Positions 40,975-51,775 of a DNA stretch of 64,000 bases are shown piece by piece. Each line of letters begins with the position of its first letter. The first letter of the stretch is position 1. Source of the DNA: an uncultured bacterium (GTDB lineage: Bacteria > Krumholzibacteriota > Krumholzibacteriia > Krumholzibacteriales > Krumholzibacteriaceae); assembly GCA_963786935.1 (NCBI GenBank), contig CAWBAN010000001.1, forward strand, positions 1,184,001 to 1,248,000, given 5' to 3'. The position numbers and the translations under genes were made by a program. The notes under the pieces are model-generated. The model was not told the origin of the DNA, ran no database searches, and saw only the letters and a program-made list of their open reading frames with translations.

Positions 40975-41975
40975 TCCGACGCTCCCCCCGTGAGCAGCCT
41001 GCCCCATCGCAGATCCCGCGCGGTTACCATGAACGACTCGATTCGCACGCTCCGGACGAGCGCGTCGACGAGCGCGAGCCCCGCCGGCAGCAGCGCGATC
41101 CGGCCGGGATCGAACGGGAGGCGACGCTCTCTCCCCGCCCGGTAGAGCCCGGCGAGCCGCCGCGTCATGAACGCGAGATCGCCGCGGGCGATCCGGCGCA
41201 TCTCCTCGAAACCGGGGCCCGGCTCCTCGACGGGCCCGCGGAGCGCGGCGAGGCTCACGGCCGTCCCGCCCGTCATGAGCATTGTAGGGTTTCGCGGGAA
41301 ACCGGGCAAGGAATAAACGCCGCCCGCGCCGCGGCGCCCCGGCGCGGCCGAGGCCGCGACGCGCTCCGCGAGCGCGGCCGAAACACGGCGGACGCAGAAG
41401 GATCGATCGAGCATGCGGCGCACGCGGTGCGTGCCGACGGGAAGCCCGATGTATCCCGTCATCGACGTTCCCGTTCCCCAGGAGATCTCCGTGCTCGTGC
41501 CCCCGGCGTCGACGAGGAGCACCGATTCGTCCCGCGGGCGGAAGAACGAAGCGCCGATATAGCCGAGCTCCGCCTCCTCGCGCTGCCTCAGCACCGCGAT
41601 GGAAGCGCCGGCCGCCTCCTCCAGGCGCTCCCTCGCGCGCGGCGCGTTCGCCGCCTCGCGGAGCGTGTTCGTCGCGACGATCGCGGGGCGGGGACATCCC
41701 CATCGCGCCGCCGCCGCCATGAGTTCCTTCAGGGCACGGACCGCCGCTTCGATCTTTTCCGGCGAGACGCGTCCCGACGCCGCCAGATCATCCCCCCATC
41801 CGACGAACCGCTTCTCCTCCCTGATCGCGCGCAGCTCGAGGGCGCGCGCCGGCGCGATCGCCGAATCGGGAAAAACGGCCTCCAGCACGAGGAGCCGGAA
41901 GTTGCTGCTCCCGAGATCGACGCATCCCCTGATCTCGTTTTTTCTGTCGAATCGCCTCTCGCTATCCCGTATCAT
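40971..41975 (-). CDS. Ppx/GppA-family phosphatase-like protein (divergent)
   Basis: VDLGSSNFRL, ATNTLREAAN, EEA, DAGGTSTEI, GGTA; start uncertain. Confidence 0.8.
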   Translation of the reverse strand: MIRDSERRFDRKNEIRGCVDLGSSNFRLLVLEAVFPDSAIAPARALELRAIREEKRFVGWGDDLAASGRVSPEKIEAAVRALKELMAAAARWGCPRPAIVATNTLREAANAPRARERLEEAAGASIAVLRQREEAELGYIGASFFRPRDESVLLVDAGGTSTEISWGTGTSMTGYIGLPVGTHRVRRMLDRSFCVRRVSAALAERVAASAAPGRRGAGGVYSLPGFPRNPTMLMTGGTAVSLAALRGPVEEPGPGFEEMRRIARGDLAFMTRRLAGLYRAGRERRLPFDPGRIALLPAGLALVDALVRSVRIESFMVTARDLRWGRLLTGGASE

Positions 41976-41984
41976 CGTCCTGCC

Positions 41985-43010
41985 GTGGAAAAGACGAACA
42001 TCAAGAACCTCTCCATACGCGAGATCGCGACTCTCGTCGAAACGCTCGGCGAGAAGCGCCATCGCGCGTCGCAAATTATCAAGTGGCTCTACCAGAAGGG
42101 CTGCGCCGGGTTCTCCGATATGACGAATCTCCCGGCGAGCTTCAGAATCGCCCTCGACGAGCGATGCGCGATCAGTTCGCTCGGGCTCGCGGAAAGTGTA
42201 CGCTCGCCGAACGACGCGAGCCAGAAGTTTCTGCTCGAGTCGGACGATCGCGTCCGCTTCGAGGCGGTGCTCATGGAAGCGCGCGGTCGCCGGACCATCT
42301 GTATCTCGAGCCAGGCCGGGTGCGCGCTCGGCTGCACGCTCTGCAGGACGGGGGAGGGAGGATTCGAACGGGATCTGCGAAGCGACGAGATACTCAACCA
42401 GATCCTCTTCTTCAAGAAGGGCTACCTGCCGCCGCGCGAGCGGTTCAACGTCGTCTTCATGGGCATGGGGGAACCGCTCCTCAATCTCGAGAACGTGTCG
42501 AGAGCCCTCGAGATCATCAACGCCGAGGAAGGCTTCGCGCTCGGCGAGAAGCGGATCACGGTGAGCACGGTCGGTATTCCGGCGGCCATGCGCGAGCTCG
42601 CTCGCCGCGATCTCAAATTCATGCTCGCGCTGTCGCTCAACGCGACGACGGACGAGACGCGCCGGCGGCTCATGCCCGCATCCCGCGGCATCGACGACAC
42701 GCTCGCCGCCGCCCTCGAGTTCGCCCGCTCGCGCAAGACGCGGGTCACGATCGAGTACGTGCTCGTCGACGGGGTCAACGATTTCGTCGAGGACGCGCGG
42801 CGGCTCGCCGCCCTCACGAGGGGCAAGCCGTTCAAGATCAACCTCATCCCCTTCAACGAGTGGGACGGATGCCCGTACCGCCGGCCGTCGGAGGAGCGGA
42901 TCGAGCAGTTCCTCGCGCCGCTGCTCCCCTCCGCCCCCGCGGTCACCGTGCGCAGAAGCCAGGGGAACGACATCAGCGCCGCGTGCGGCCAGCTCCGGTG
43001 GCGGCGCTGA
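41985..43010 (+). CDS. rlmN: Dual-specificity 23S rRNA/tRNA m2A methyltransferase RlmN
   Basis: CISSQAGCALGCTLC, FMGMGEP, EYVL, NLIPFN, AACGQL; GTG start at 41985. Confidence 0.95.
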   Translation: MEKTNIKNLSIREIATLVETLGEKRHRASQIIKWLYQKGCAGFSDMTNLPASFRIALDERCAISSLGLAESVRSPNDASQKFLLESDDRVRFEAVLMEARGRRTICISSQAGCALGCTLCRTGEGGFERDLRSDEILNQILFFKKGYLPPRERFNVVFMGMGEPLLNLENVSRALEIINAEEGFALGEKRITVSTVGIPAAMRELARRDLKFMLALSLNATTDETRRRLMPASRGIDDTLAAALEFARSRKTRVTIEYVLVDGVNDFVEDARRLAALTRGKPFKINLIPFNEWDGCPYRRPSEERIEQFLAPLLPSAPAVTVRRSQGNDISAACGQLRWRR

Positions 43011-43015
43011 CGGGC

Positions 43016-44086
43016 CTATTTCGCGAGGAGCATCTTTCCCGCCGCGCTCGATTGCCCGAATCGCACCGCGTAGAAGTAGACGCCGCTCGGCGCGGGATTC
43101 CCCCGATCGTCCCTGCCGTCCCAGCGGGCGGTGAACTCGCTCCCCGAGACGGCGCCTCCCTCGATTCGCCTCACGAGCGAGCCGTCGACACGGTAAATCG
43201 ACACGTCGATTTCATGGGGATCCGCCGGCGGCGCGCCGCCGAACACGACCCGGATCGTCGTCGACGGATTGAACGGATTCGGATAGTTGGACAGAGCAAG
43301 AGCTGCCCCGGACGGCCGCGCGGCGCCGGCGACCGTCGCGGGCGCGACGAGCGCGACGAAGTAATCCTCGAGGCCGGGAACGTCGCCGGGAAGGGGAAGC
43401 GTCGCATTCTCGATGCCTCCCGCTGCGCGCGCGTCGCTGCCGCCGAAGAGCCAGCGGAAATCCTCGGCGAAGATCTCGGTCGGTCTGCTCGCGCGGGGAG
43501 CATTCTCCGAATAGACGGCGCCGTCGTCGATGCCGCGCAGCGCGAGATAACGCTGCCAGGCGTTCCCGCTCTCCCGCGGGGCGAATCGGAACTGGAACGC
43601 ATGGCCGAGCTCGTGCGCTGCGGTGTGCGCAACGATGCGGCGGTCGATCTCGAAGACTCCCGGAGATAGAAAGATCCTGTTGTTGCATGCGGAGCTCGTG
43701 AGTATCCCCGCGCGCGGAAGGGGAAGGACATAAACCTCGATATCCATGGCGAGCTTATCCCCTCCCACGTCCACCTGCGCGAGCGCCTCGATCACGAGAT
43801 CCGCGTTCATCGGGTGAAACGAACCGTCCCCTTTGTTCGCGATCCTCGAATCGAGGATGTCTTCGATGAGCTGATATTCCGCGCCGTCGGCGAGCCGCAG
43901 GATCAATCGGCCGGTCGCATCCCGGAACGTCATCGCCAGCACATCTTCGGGGGTATATAGCCTGATTGCGAGGCCGTTTTGAAGCAGGAGCTGGGAATTT
44001 TCGCCAGCCGCTCCCTGAGCCGGTGCGAGGAGGCTCGAGCCGAGAAGGAGCATCAAGACTGCGATTATCCTATTTGAATTAAACAT
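43016..44086 (-). CDS. Secreted zincin-like metalloprotein with FlgD-Ig/T9SS-type CTD
   Basis: Signal peptide; AHELGH plus downstream EIFAE; NYPNPFNPSTTI...WDGRD...SGVYFY...KMLLAK. Confidence 0.85.
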   Translation of the reverse strand: MFNSNRIIAVLMLLLGSSLLAPAQGAAGENSQLLLQNGLAIRLYTPEDVLAMTFRDATGRLILRLADGAEYQLIEDILDSRIANKGDGSFHPMNADLVIEALAQVDVGGDKLAMDIEVYVLPLPRAGILTSSACNNRIFLSPGVFEIDRRIVAHTAAHELGHAFQFRFAPRESGNAWQRYLALRGIDDGAVYSENAPRASRPTEIFAEDFRWLFGGSDARAAGGIENATLPLPGDVPGLEDYFVALVAPATVAGAARPSGAALALSNYPNPFNPSTTIRVVFGGAPPADPHEIDVSIYRVDGSLVRRIEGGAVSGSEFTARWDGRDDRGNPAPSGVYFYAVRFGQSSAAGKMLLAK

Positions 44087-44158
44087 GTTGCTTCGCTTCC
44101 CTCGTCTCCGGATCGAAGCTTTGGGTCACGGCCGCCTCGATCCCGCGCCCAATGAAGG

Positions 44159-44174
44159 TGCAACCTATATTCCC
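44159..44174 (-). promoter_or_regulatory. Candidate sigma54 -24/-12 promoter
   Basis: GGGAATATAGGTTGCA = GG-N10-GC with TTGCA; AT-rich IHF-like tract at ~44262-44283. Confidence 0.4.
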
Positions 44175-44505
44175 GCATAAGCTTAATCCATTGGCCAGAA
44201 CGTCACCCGTTCGCTCGACAGGAGCCGTCTCCCAGGCATCCGGCGCCGGGAACACAAGAATTGCTTTATTATTAAATCAGTTATGACAGTCGAGAAGGAG
44301 CGGCCATGAATCGGAGCAGGCGGCGCCGGGGAAGAAATAGTCTCGCGGAGGGCGCATCAACCCTTCGGACGAAAGAGCAGAATCGGGTATTTTAGCCCAA
44401 CCGTGGCGTCATGACGACGCGATGAAGACCAACAACTGTTTTATTATTAAGCTATTACAGAAGATACCCGCAGCGAATGCCCCGATGGGAAAAAATCCGT
44501 ACGCG

Positions 44506-46032
44506 CTAGAAATCAGTGCCGGCCGTCATGTAGAACGCGGGAGAGTCCGTCCCGTCGGTCGCCATTTCGAGCCGGAACAGATCCCGGAACGGGGAGATTA
44601 TCTCCATGCCGACGCCGCCCGTCGTATAGAACCGTTCGTTGCCCGCGTCGCGGATGTCGTCCATGAGGGCTCCGTTATCGATGAAAGCGACCCAGTTCAC
44701 CGTGACGTCGAATTTCCCGATGAACGGAAGCTCCAGCACCCGGGTGCCCATGATCTGAACGCGGTACTGGATCGTCGAGACGAGCTTGACCGTGCCGCGG
44801 AGCTCGTTGTCCCTGAATCCGCGGACGTCCCGAACGCCGCCGAGCTTCATCTGCAGGTACGTCGGCGTGTCCCCTTCCCGAATATCCCCGTCGACGCCGA
44901 CGACGAACGCGCGGTATTCTCCCGTCGGGATGTAGAAATAATCCGAGAATCCGTAGAAAATATAGTCCTGCACGGGGCCGGCGACGGTCGTGAGCCGCCT
45001 CAGCATCAGCCGGTGACGCATGCCGTTGAACGGCGAGTTGTGGTCATCTCTGCTGTCGTACTCGAGCTCGGCCCCGGCGGCGACGTAATCCTGGGTGTGG
45101 AGCTCGCAGGAGTACACGCCGGCATCGTCGATGAGCGCGAGCTTCGATTCCCGCCGCTCGAGCGAAACGTTCGCCCTGAACCAGAGCTGCTTCATGAGGC
45201 TCTGCGTGAGCGGCACGCCGAAACCGACACCGGTCATGTAATATCGCTTGAGGAATTCCTCTTCGGGATTCACCGGCTGATCGAGCCGCCGGTATGCGCT
45301 GGCGTCGAAGCGGAAGTTCAGCCGGCGCCCGAGGAACCAGGGACTGTTCCAGAAAAGGCCGGCCACCTCATCCACGTCGTGTCTCATGAGCACGGAAACG
45401 CCGAGATCCTCGCCGAGCCCCCGGAAGTTCTTGATCTTCCAGGTGGCGCCGTAGCTCAGGCCCCGCTGAAAATCGTAATTGACGACGGGATAGGGGAGGC
45501 GCATGAAGACGGCGGAGCGCTCGGCGATCGTCACGATGAGCCGGCATTTCCCGGACTCCGCCGGCTCCGCGGTCATGCTCACCGCCGCGAAATAACCGAG
45601 ACCGCGCAGGTACGCCTCGTCTCTGCGGACCAGCCGCTCGTCGAGGACGCCGCCCGGCTTGCTCACCATCTCGCGGAGAATCGCGATCGACTTCGTGTGG
45701 TCGTTGCCGACGACGGCGATCGAATCGATCGTCGAGCCGTAGAACGGCTCGAGCCGCTTGTGCTCGGGATCGAGATCCGGCGGCGCGACGTCCGGGGCGC
45801 CGCCCGCCTCCCCCGTTCCCCGCCGCGCCCAATCGAACAGGGAATGTCCGGCGGCGGCCCGGGCATACGGGTTCTGCGCCGCGGCCCGATCGCGCTCCGC
45901 GCGCACCCCGGGTTCCCCGGCGCGAGCCCGGGGCGCGGCGAGCGCGGCAAGAGCGACGAGAGAGATCGCGAGAACTCGCGCGCGTGATGCAGGAATCGCT
46001 GTTGCCCGATGCGCACAGGAAAATGAATCCAC
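44506..46032 (-). CDS. Omp85/BamA-family outer-membrane protein with a single POTRA domain
   Basis: VVGNDHTK...ILRE...L..LGYF POTRA; YDSRD, LGG..DVRGF, FIDNG; C-terminal F. Confidence 0.85.
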   Translation of the reverse strand: MDSFSCAHRATAIPASRARVLAISLVALAALAAPRARAGEPGVRAERDRAAAQNPYARAAAGHSLFDWARRGTGEAGGAPDVAPPDLDPEHKRLEPFYGSTIDSIAVVGNDHTKSIAILREMVSKPGGVLDERLVRRDEAYLRGLGYFAAVSMTAEPAESGKCRLIVTIAERSAVFMRLPYPVVNYDFQRGLSYGATWKIKNFRGLGEDLGVSVLMRHDVDEVAGLFWNSPWFLGRRLNFRFDASAYRRLDQPVNPEEEFLKRYYMTGVGFGVPLTQSLMKQLWFRANVSLERRESKLALIDDAGVYSCELHTQDYVAAGAELEYDSRDDHNSPFNGMRHRLMLRRLTTVAGPVQDYIFYGFSDYFYIPTGEYRAFVVGVDGDIREGDTPTYLQMKLGGVRDVRGFRDNELRGTVKLVSTIQYRVQIMGTRVLELPFIGKFDVTVNWVAFIDNGALMDDIRDAGNERFYTTGGVGMEIISPFRDLFRLEMATDGTDSPAFYMTAGTDF

Positions 46033-46037
46033 GCCTC

Positions 46038-46066
46038 AAGATAACAGGGGAATGAAGCGCTGTCAA
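46038..46066 (-). promoter_or_regulatory. sigma70-type promoter for the Omp85 gene
   Basis: TTGACA-17-TATCTT with TGn extension. Confidence 0.55.
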
Positions 46067-46081
46067 AGGGGCAGAGACCCC

Positions 46082-47335
46082 TCAGGGCTGCGGCGTCGGT
46101 TTCGGCGCGCGGGAGAGCGCTCCCCCCTTCGAGACGATGAAGGCGCCGACCCCCGTCATGACGGCCACGAAGTTTGCCAGCCCCCCGACCGCGCGCAGCA
46201 GCGCGCGGGCCGGTCCCATCCAGGGATTGAAGAACATGAACGCGGCGATGATGCCGAGGATCGAGAGCAGGAAGACGCCGATGAAACCGTGCACGAACAC
46301 CGATTCCCGCTCGATGTTGAATTTCCGCGAGACGAAGGCGCCGAGCGCGAGCGCGCTCACGAAGTAGCCGAGCACGAACAGGGCGACGAAGGAGAGCACG
46401 AGGAGCACGGCGACCGGGATGCCGACGATCGTGATCGCGAGAATGATCGCGAGCACGGCGACGAGCACGGTGCCGGCGATGAGCACGAGGAGCCCCACGC
46501 CGAACGATTTCAGAAAGGAGCCGCCCGCGTGCGCCGCGGCGTTGCTCATGCGCGGCGCGATGAAATAGAGCACCATGAGCATGAGAAGCAGCGTGATGAC
46601 GAACAGAATGACCTTGGCGACCGCTCCCCCGACGCTCTCGCCGAAGGGGCCGATCGGAAACACGAGACCGTTCCGGTGGTGTCTCCCGATGACGGCCGTT
46701 TCTCCGCGGACGATCGATCCGTCCGCCCGGTCAACCTCGCCGAGAATGGAGACGAGCTCGCCGTTCACGATGGCGTTTTCGCCGAGGTCGACGGAGCCGA
46801 GAATCGCGGCGACATCCCCCATCACCTTGCCCTCGATGATGATGTCTCCGAAGATCGAGACGACGTCGCCGTTGACGAGCTCGTCGGGACCGATGACGAT
46901 CTTCTTGCCGAACTGCACGACGTCGGAGCCCTTGACTCGGAAGAACCGCTTGTCCTCGTCCTCGTCGAAAACCGCGGCGAGCGATTCGGGAAGATCCTCG
47001 AGGTGCTCGGCGACCTTCCTGTTGAGCCGGTCCAGTTTTGCCGCGTCGATATCGAGGATGACCCTCTCGGAGCCGTCCTCCGCCTCGATCTGGATGCCCT
47101 CGTCCGATATCGTGATCTTCGACGCCTTCTCCGGGGCCGCGGCCTTCACCGGCGCCTTGGCCGCCGGCGCGGGCTTCGGGGGCGAGACGGTGTCGGCGGA
47201 CGCGGCGACGCAGGTGACCGTGACCGACGCGCGGGAGACGTCCCGCTGAACGTCCGGCGCGTGCAAACCGCCCGACGCGAATCCGACGATCACGAGCAGC
47301 AGCTTAACAACGGCTCCGTTACAGAATGCCAACAT
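46082..47335 (-). CDS. Membrane protein with a short beta-helix (bactofilin-like) region and ~5 TM helices
   Basis: VNGDVVSIFG, VMGDVAAILG and VNGELVSILG repeats, then hydrophobic helices with TIVGIP. Confidence 0.75.
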   Translation of the reverse strand: MLAFCNGAVVKLLLVIVGFASGGLHAPDVQRDVSRASVTVTCVAASADTVSPPKPAPAAKAPVKAAAPEKASKITISDEGIQIEAEDGSERVILDIDAAKLDRLNRKVAEHLEDLPESLAAVFDEDEDKRFFRVKGSDVVQFGKKIVIGPDELVNGDVVSIFGDIIIEGKVMGDVAAILGSVDLGENAIVNGELVSILGEVDRADGSIVRGETAVIGRHHRNGLVFPIGPFGESVGGAVAKVILFVITLLLMLMVLYFIAPRMSNAAAHAGGSFLKSFGVGLLVLIAGTVLVAVLAIILAITIVGIPVAVLLVLSFVALFVLGYFVSALALGAFVSRKFNIERESVFVHGFIGVFLLSILGIIAAFMFFNPWMGPARALLRAVGGLANFVAVMTGVGAFIVSKGGALSRAPKPTPQP

Positions 47336-47966
47336 GGGTCTCTCCCTTTCTCCGTGCGGCTCCGAGCATCCGGCGCAGCACGACGGCGATGACGACCAGC
47401 GATACGATCGCCGCGGCGACCTGGGCCGCGTTCATACCGGCCGCGTATCGATGAAGCGCTCTGAGGAGCGTCTGACCGACGATTTCGTAGTTCCGGACGG
47501 CGCCCGCGCCCTTCCAGATCGTTTCGATCCGTTCGAAGAGCGCCCTCGCGAAGATCGCCCCCACCCACAGCGCTTCGGCCCCGTGGCGAATCGTCGCGAG
47601 CATATAATCGAAGAGCGGCTTGTACACGGCGATGAAGAACAGCCCGACCGCCGCGATGATCGAACCGTTGCGCGCGGGGATCGGCACGGCGTTCCACGCC
47701 CTGCCGGCCGCGCGGGCCGCCCGGCGCGCCGGACCGACGCGGTAGGCGGCGATGTCGACGCGGGACAGCACCCGCGCGTCGAAATCGCTCGACGGCTCGA
47801 AGCGGGGAAGCGCGTCGAGCGCGCCGGCGACGAACGCGAATCGCTCGTCCAGGGCGCGGCACGCCTCGCACCCGCGGCGGTGGTTTTCGTATTCCGCCCG
47901 TTCCGCCGGCTCGAGCTCGCCGTCGTGGTACCGCTGGATCAGAAGCCGATACAGATCGCATTCCAT
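47319..47966 (-). CDS. zf-HC2 (ZAS) anti-sigma factor
   Basis: MEC...YHDGEL...HRRGCEAC, TM segments; inside the ECF operon. Confidence 0.88.
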   Translation of the reverse strand: MECDLYRLLIQRYHDGELEPAERAEYENHRRGCEACRALDERFAFVAGALDALPRFEPSSDFDARVLSRVDIAAYRVGPARRAARAAGRAWNAVPIPARNGSIIAAVGLFFIAVYKPLFDYMLATIRHGAEALWVGAIFARALFERIETIWKGAGAVRNYEIVGQTLLRALHRYAAGMNAAQVAAAIVSLVVIAVVLRRMLGAARRKGETHVGIL

Positions 47967-47971
47967 ATTGG

Positions 47972-49078
47972 CTACTCCTCCGGCTCGCTCACATCGATGT
48001 CGCCGCTCGCCGTTTCCAGGATCACCGTCGAGGCCCCCTCGCGAACGACGCCGACGAGATAATGCCTGCCCACCTTGGATACCTTGATGGGGAGAACCAT
48101 CGAGATATCCCCCGAGGTCGTCCGCGCCTTGAGCGCGAATCCGCGTTTGAGAATCCGGTCGAATTGCAGCAGGAGCCGTCCGCTCGAGGTCCGCATCTCG
48201 TAGTTCGCGGGCGCTTCCGGCATCGCGTACACGTCGATGTCGCCGCTCGCCGCGGTCGCGGTGACCGCGCCCCGCACGGCGGTGAACTGCGCCGAGCCGC
48301 TCGTGCCGCTGTACTCGACGGCCCGCACCCCTTCCACGTCCACATCTCCCGACGCCGTCTCGACGGCGAGGTCGCCGCCGATCCGTGAAAGCACGATCTC
48401 ACCGGAGGCGCTCCGCACGCTCGCGCTCCCCGTGATGCCGCTCGCGTCGATGCGGCCGCTCGCGCTGCTCAGCACCGCTTCGCCGGAGACGTCCGACACC
48501 GTCATGTCGCCGCTGGCCACGTCGATCTTGAGATCGGCGACGCCGACCGCCTCGACGTCCCCGCTCGCGCAGGTGATCACGGCGGCGCCGCGGACGCTCG
48601 CGAGCTCCACGTCGCCGCTCGCCGAAACGATCTCGACGCCGAGCTCGGGAGGCAGGGAGACGTGCACGTCGACGCTCAGCCCCGCGTAATGCTGCACGAG
48701 CATCGCGAAGATATTGCGGTCGCGGGCCGGACGGTCGGGGTAGCGCACCGAGATTCTCACCTCGGCGCCGTCGCGCGAAACCTCGATATCGGTGAGGTTG
48801 AAGAGGCGATCCGCCTCGTCCTGATCCCTGCCGCGGATGCTCTTCGTGTACTCGCAGAAGATCTCGCTCCGCCCCCGCTCGCCGATCACCTTCACGTCCC
48901 CGCGCGAGTTCTCGACGACGACGCGCGTCGCCCCCGACAGCGGGATTCGTTTCTGGAGCGTTTCCTCGCGCTCGTACGCGAGCGCCGCGGTCGCGGCGAA
49001 CGCGACGAGAAGGATCGTGAGGGCGGCCGCGCGAATCGCGGGGCGCGTGGAAGCGATTGTCACTCGAATGCGTTTCAT
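47972..49078 (-). CDS. DUF4097 beta-repeat exported protein
   Basis: Signal peptide; many (T/S)ASGD(V/I) repeats. Confidence 0.85.
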   Translation of the reverse strand: MKRIRVTIASTRPAIRAAALTILLVAFAATAALAYEREETLQKRIPLSGATRVVVENSRGDVKVIGERGRSEIFCEYTKSIRGRDQDEADRLFNLTDIEVSRDGAEVRISVRYPDRPARDRNIFAMLVQHYAGLSVDVHVSLPPELGVEIVSASGDVELASVRGAAVITCASGDVEAVGVADLKIDVASGDMTVSDVSGEAVLSSASGRIDASGITGSASVRSASGEIVLSRIGGDLAVETASGDVDVEGVRAVEYSGTSGSAQFTAVRGAVTATAASGDIDVYAMPEAPANYEMRTSSGRLLLQFDRILKRGFALKARTTSGDISMVLPIKVSKVGRHYLVGVVREGASTVILETASGDIDVSEPEE

Positions 49079-49689
49079 AGGTCGTCACCACCCGTTTCCG
49101 CTGAATCCCTCAAAAGCCCTTTCTTCTGAAAGTGCTCGACGATCATGTTGCGAGCCCGGTGAATCCGCGCTTTCACGGTTCCGAGCGGTATACCCAGGGT
49201 GTCCGAAATCTCCTCGTACGACAGCTGCTCCTGGTGCCGGAGGATCACGATGATCCGGTAATGCTCCGGCAGAACGCCCATTGCCTCTTCCAGTATCGCC
49301 ATCATCTCTCTCGATTCCATCTCCCGGTCAGGTCCCGCGGCGGGCGAAGGGATCTGCATGAGAAGATCGTCGTCTCCCCCCGCGACCGGCTGATCGAGCG
49401 AACGGGCACGGTCCTTTTCCCTGCGCAGATAATCGATGCACAGATTCGACGTGATTCGGTTGAGCCAGCTCCCGAACGGATACGTCGGATCGTACCGGTT
49501 GAGCGCGGAGAATACCTTGATGAACACCTCCTGCGCGATATCCTCCGCGACGGTTCGGTTCCGTACCATCCGGAGACAGATGCTGAATACCGACGTCCGA
49601 TATGCGCGCAGCAGCTCTTCAAAGGCCTTCTCATCTCCTCTCAGGCACCGATCGATGAGTTTCTTGTCTTCGTCGCTCAACCCTGACAC
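49075..49689 (-). CDS. ECF sigma factor, SigW-like
   Basis: GDEKAFEELL, AEDIAQEVF, WLNRITSNLCIDYLR, LSYEEIS...GTVKARIHRAR. Confidence 0.93.
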   Translation of the reverse strand: MSGLSDEDKKLIDRCLRGDEKAFEELLRAYRTSVFSICLRMVRNRTVAEDIAQEVFIKVFSALNRYDPTYPFGSWLNRITSNLCIDYLRREKDRARSLDQPVAGGDDDLLMQIPSPAAGPDREMESREMMAILEEAMGVLPEHYRIIVILRHQEQLSYEEISDTLGIPLGTVKARIHRARNMIVEHFQKKGLLRDSAETGGDDL

Positions 49690-49696
49690 CCTCTAA

Positions 49697-49721
49697 TACG
49701 AAACCGCGTTTGTAATGTTTC
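49697..49721 (-). promoter_or_regulatory. sigmaW-type ECF promoter (likely autoregulatory)
   Basis: GAAAC-16-CGTA, 7 nt before the GTG start. Confidence 0.75.
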
Positions 49722-49834
49722 GCGATGAATGGGAAAAAATCGTTGCATCGAATCACGTTGCCGCCACCAAAATATCAGGTTCTCCCGCGAGTGAAAAGCC
49801 GAATCTCGGCGCAGCGCGAGTCACGCGAATTCGC

Positions 49835-49864
49835 TTGACAGAAGCATACGCGCGACACTAAACT
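49835..49864 (+). promoter_or_regulatory. sigma70-type promoter for eno
   Basis: TTGACA-18-TAAACT. Confidence 0.55.
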
Positions 49865-49912
49865 GTTCGACCAAATAAGCAGCATTACTTGTTGATAGAA
49901 CGGCGGTTATAA

Positions 49913-51609
<1,697 letters not shown>

Positions 51610-51626
51610 TATTACGAGACGTTTAC

Positions 51627-51703
<77 letters not shown>

Positions 51704-51709
51704 CATAGA

Positions 51710-51735
51710 AAGCCCCCGGGGAATCCCGGGGGCTT
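51710..51735. terminator. Likely bidirectional terminator between the tRNA and the convergent gene
   Basis: AAGCCCCCGGG-GAAT-CCCGGGGGCTT. Confidence 0.8.
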
Positions 51736-51775
51736 CTTCGTTCCCGCCCGGCCGCGCGCGGCATACACCGCGCTC

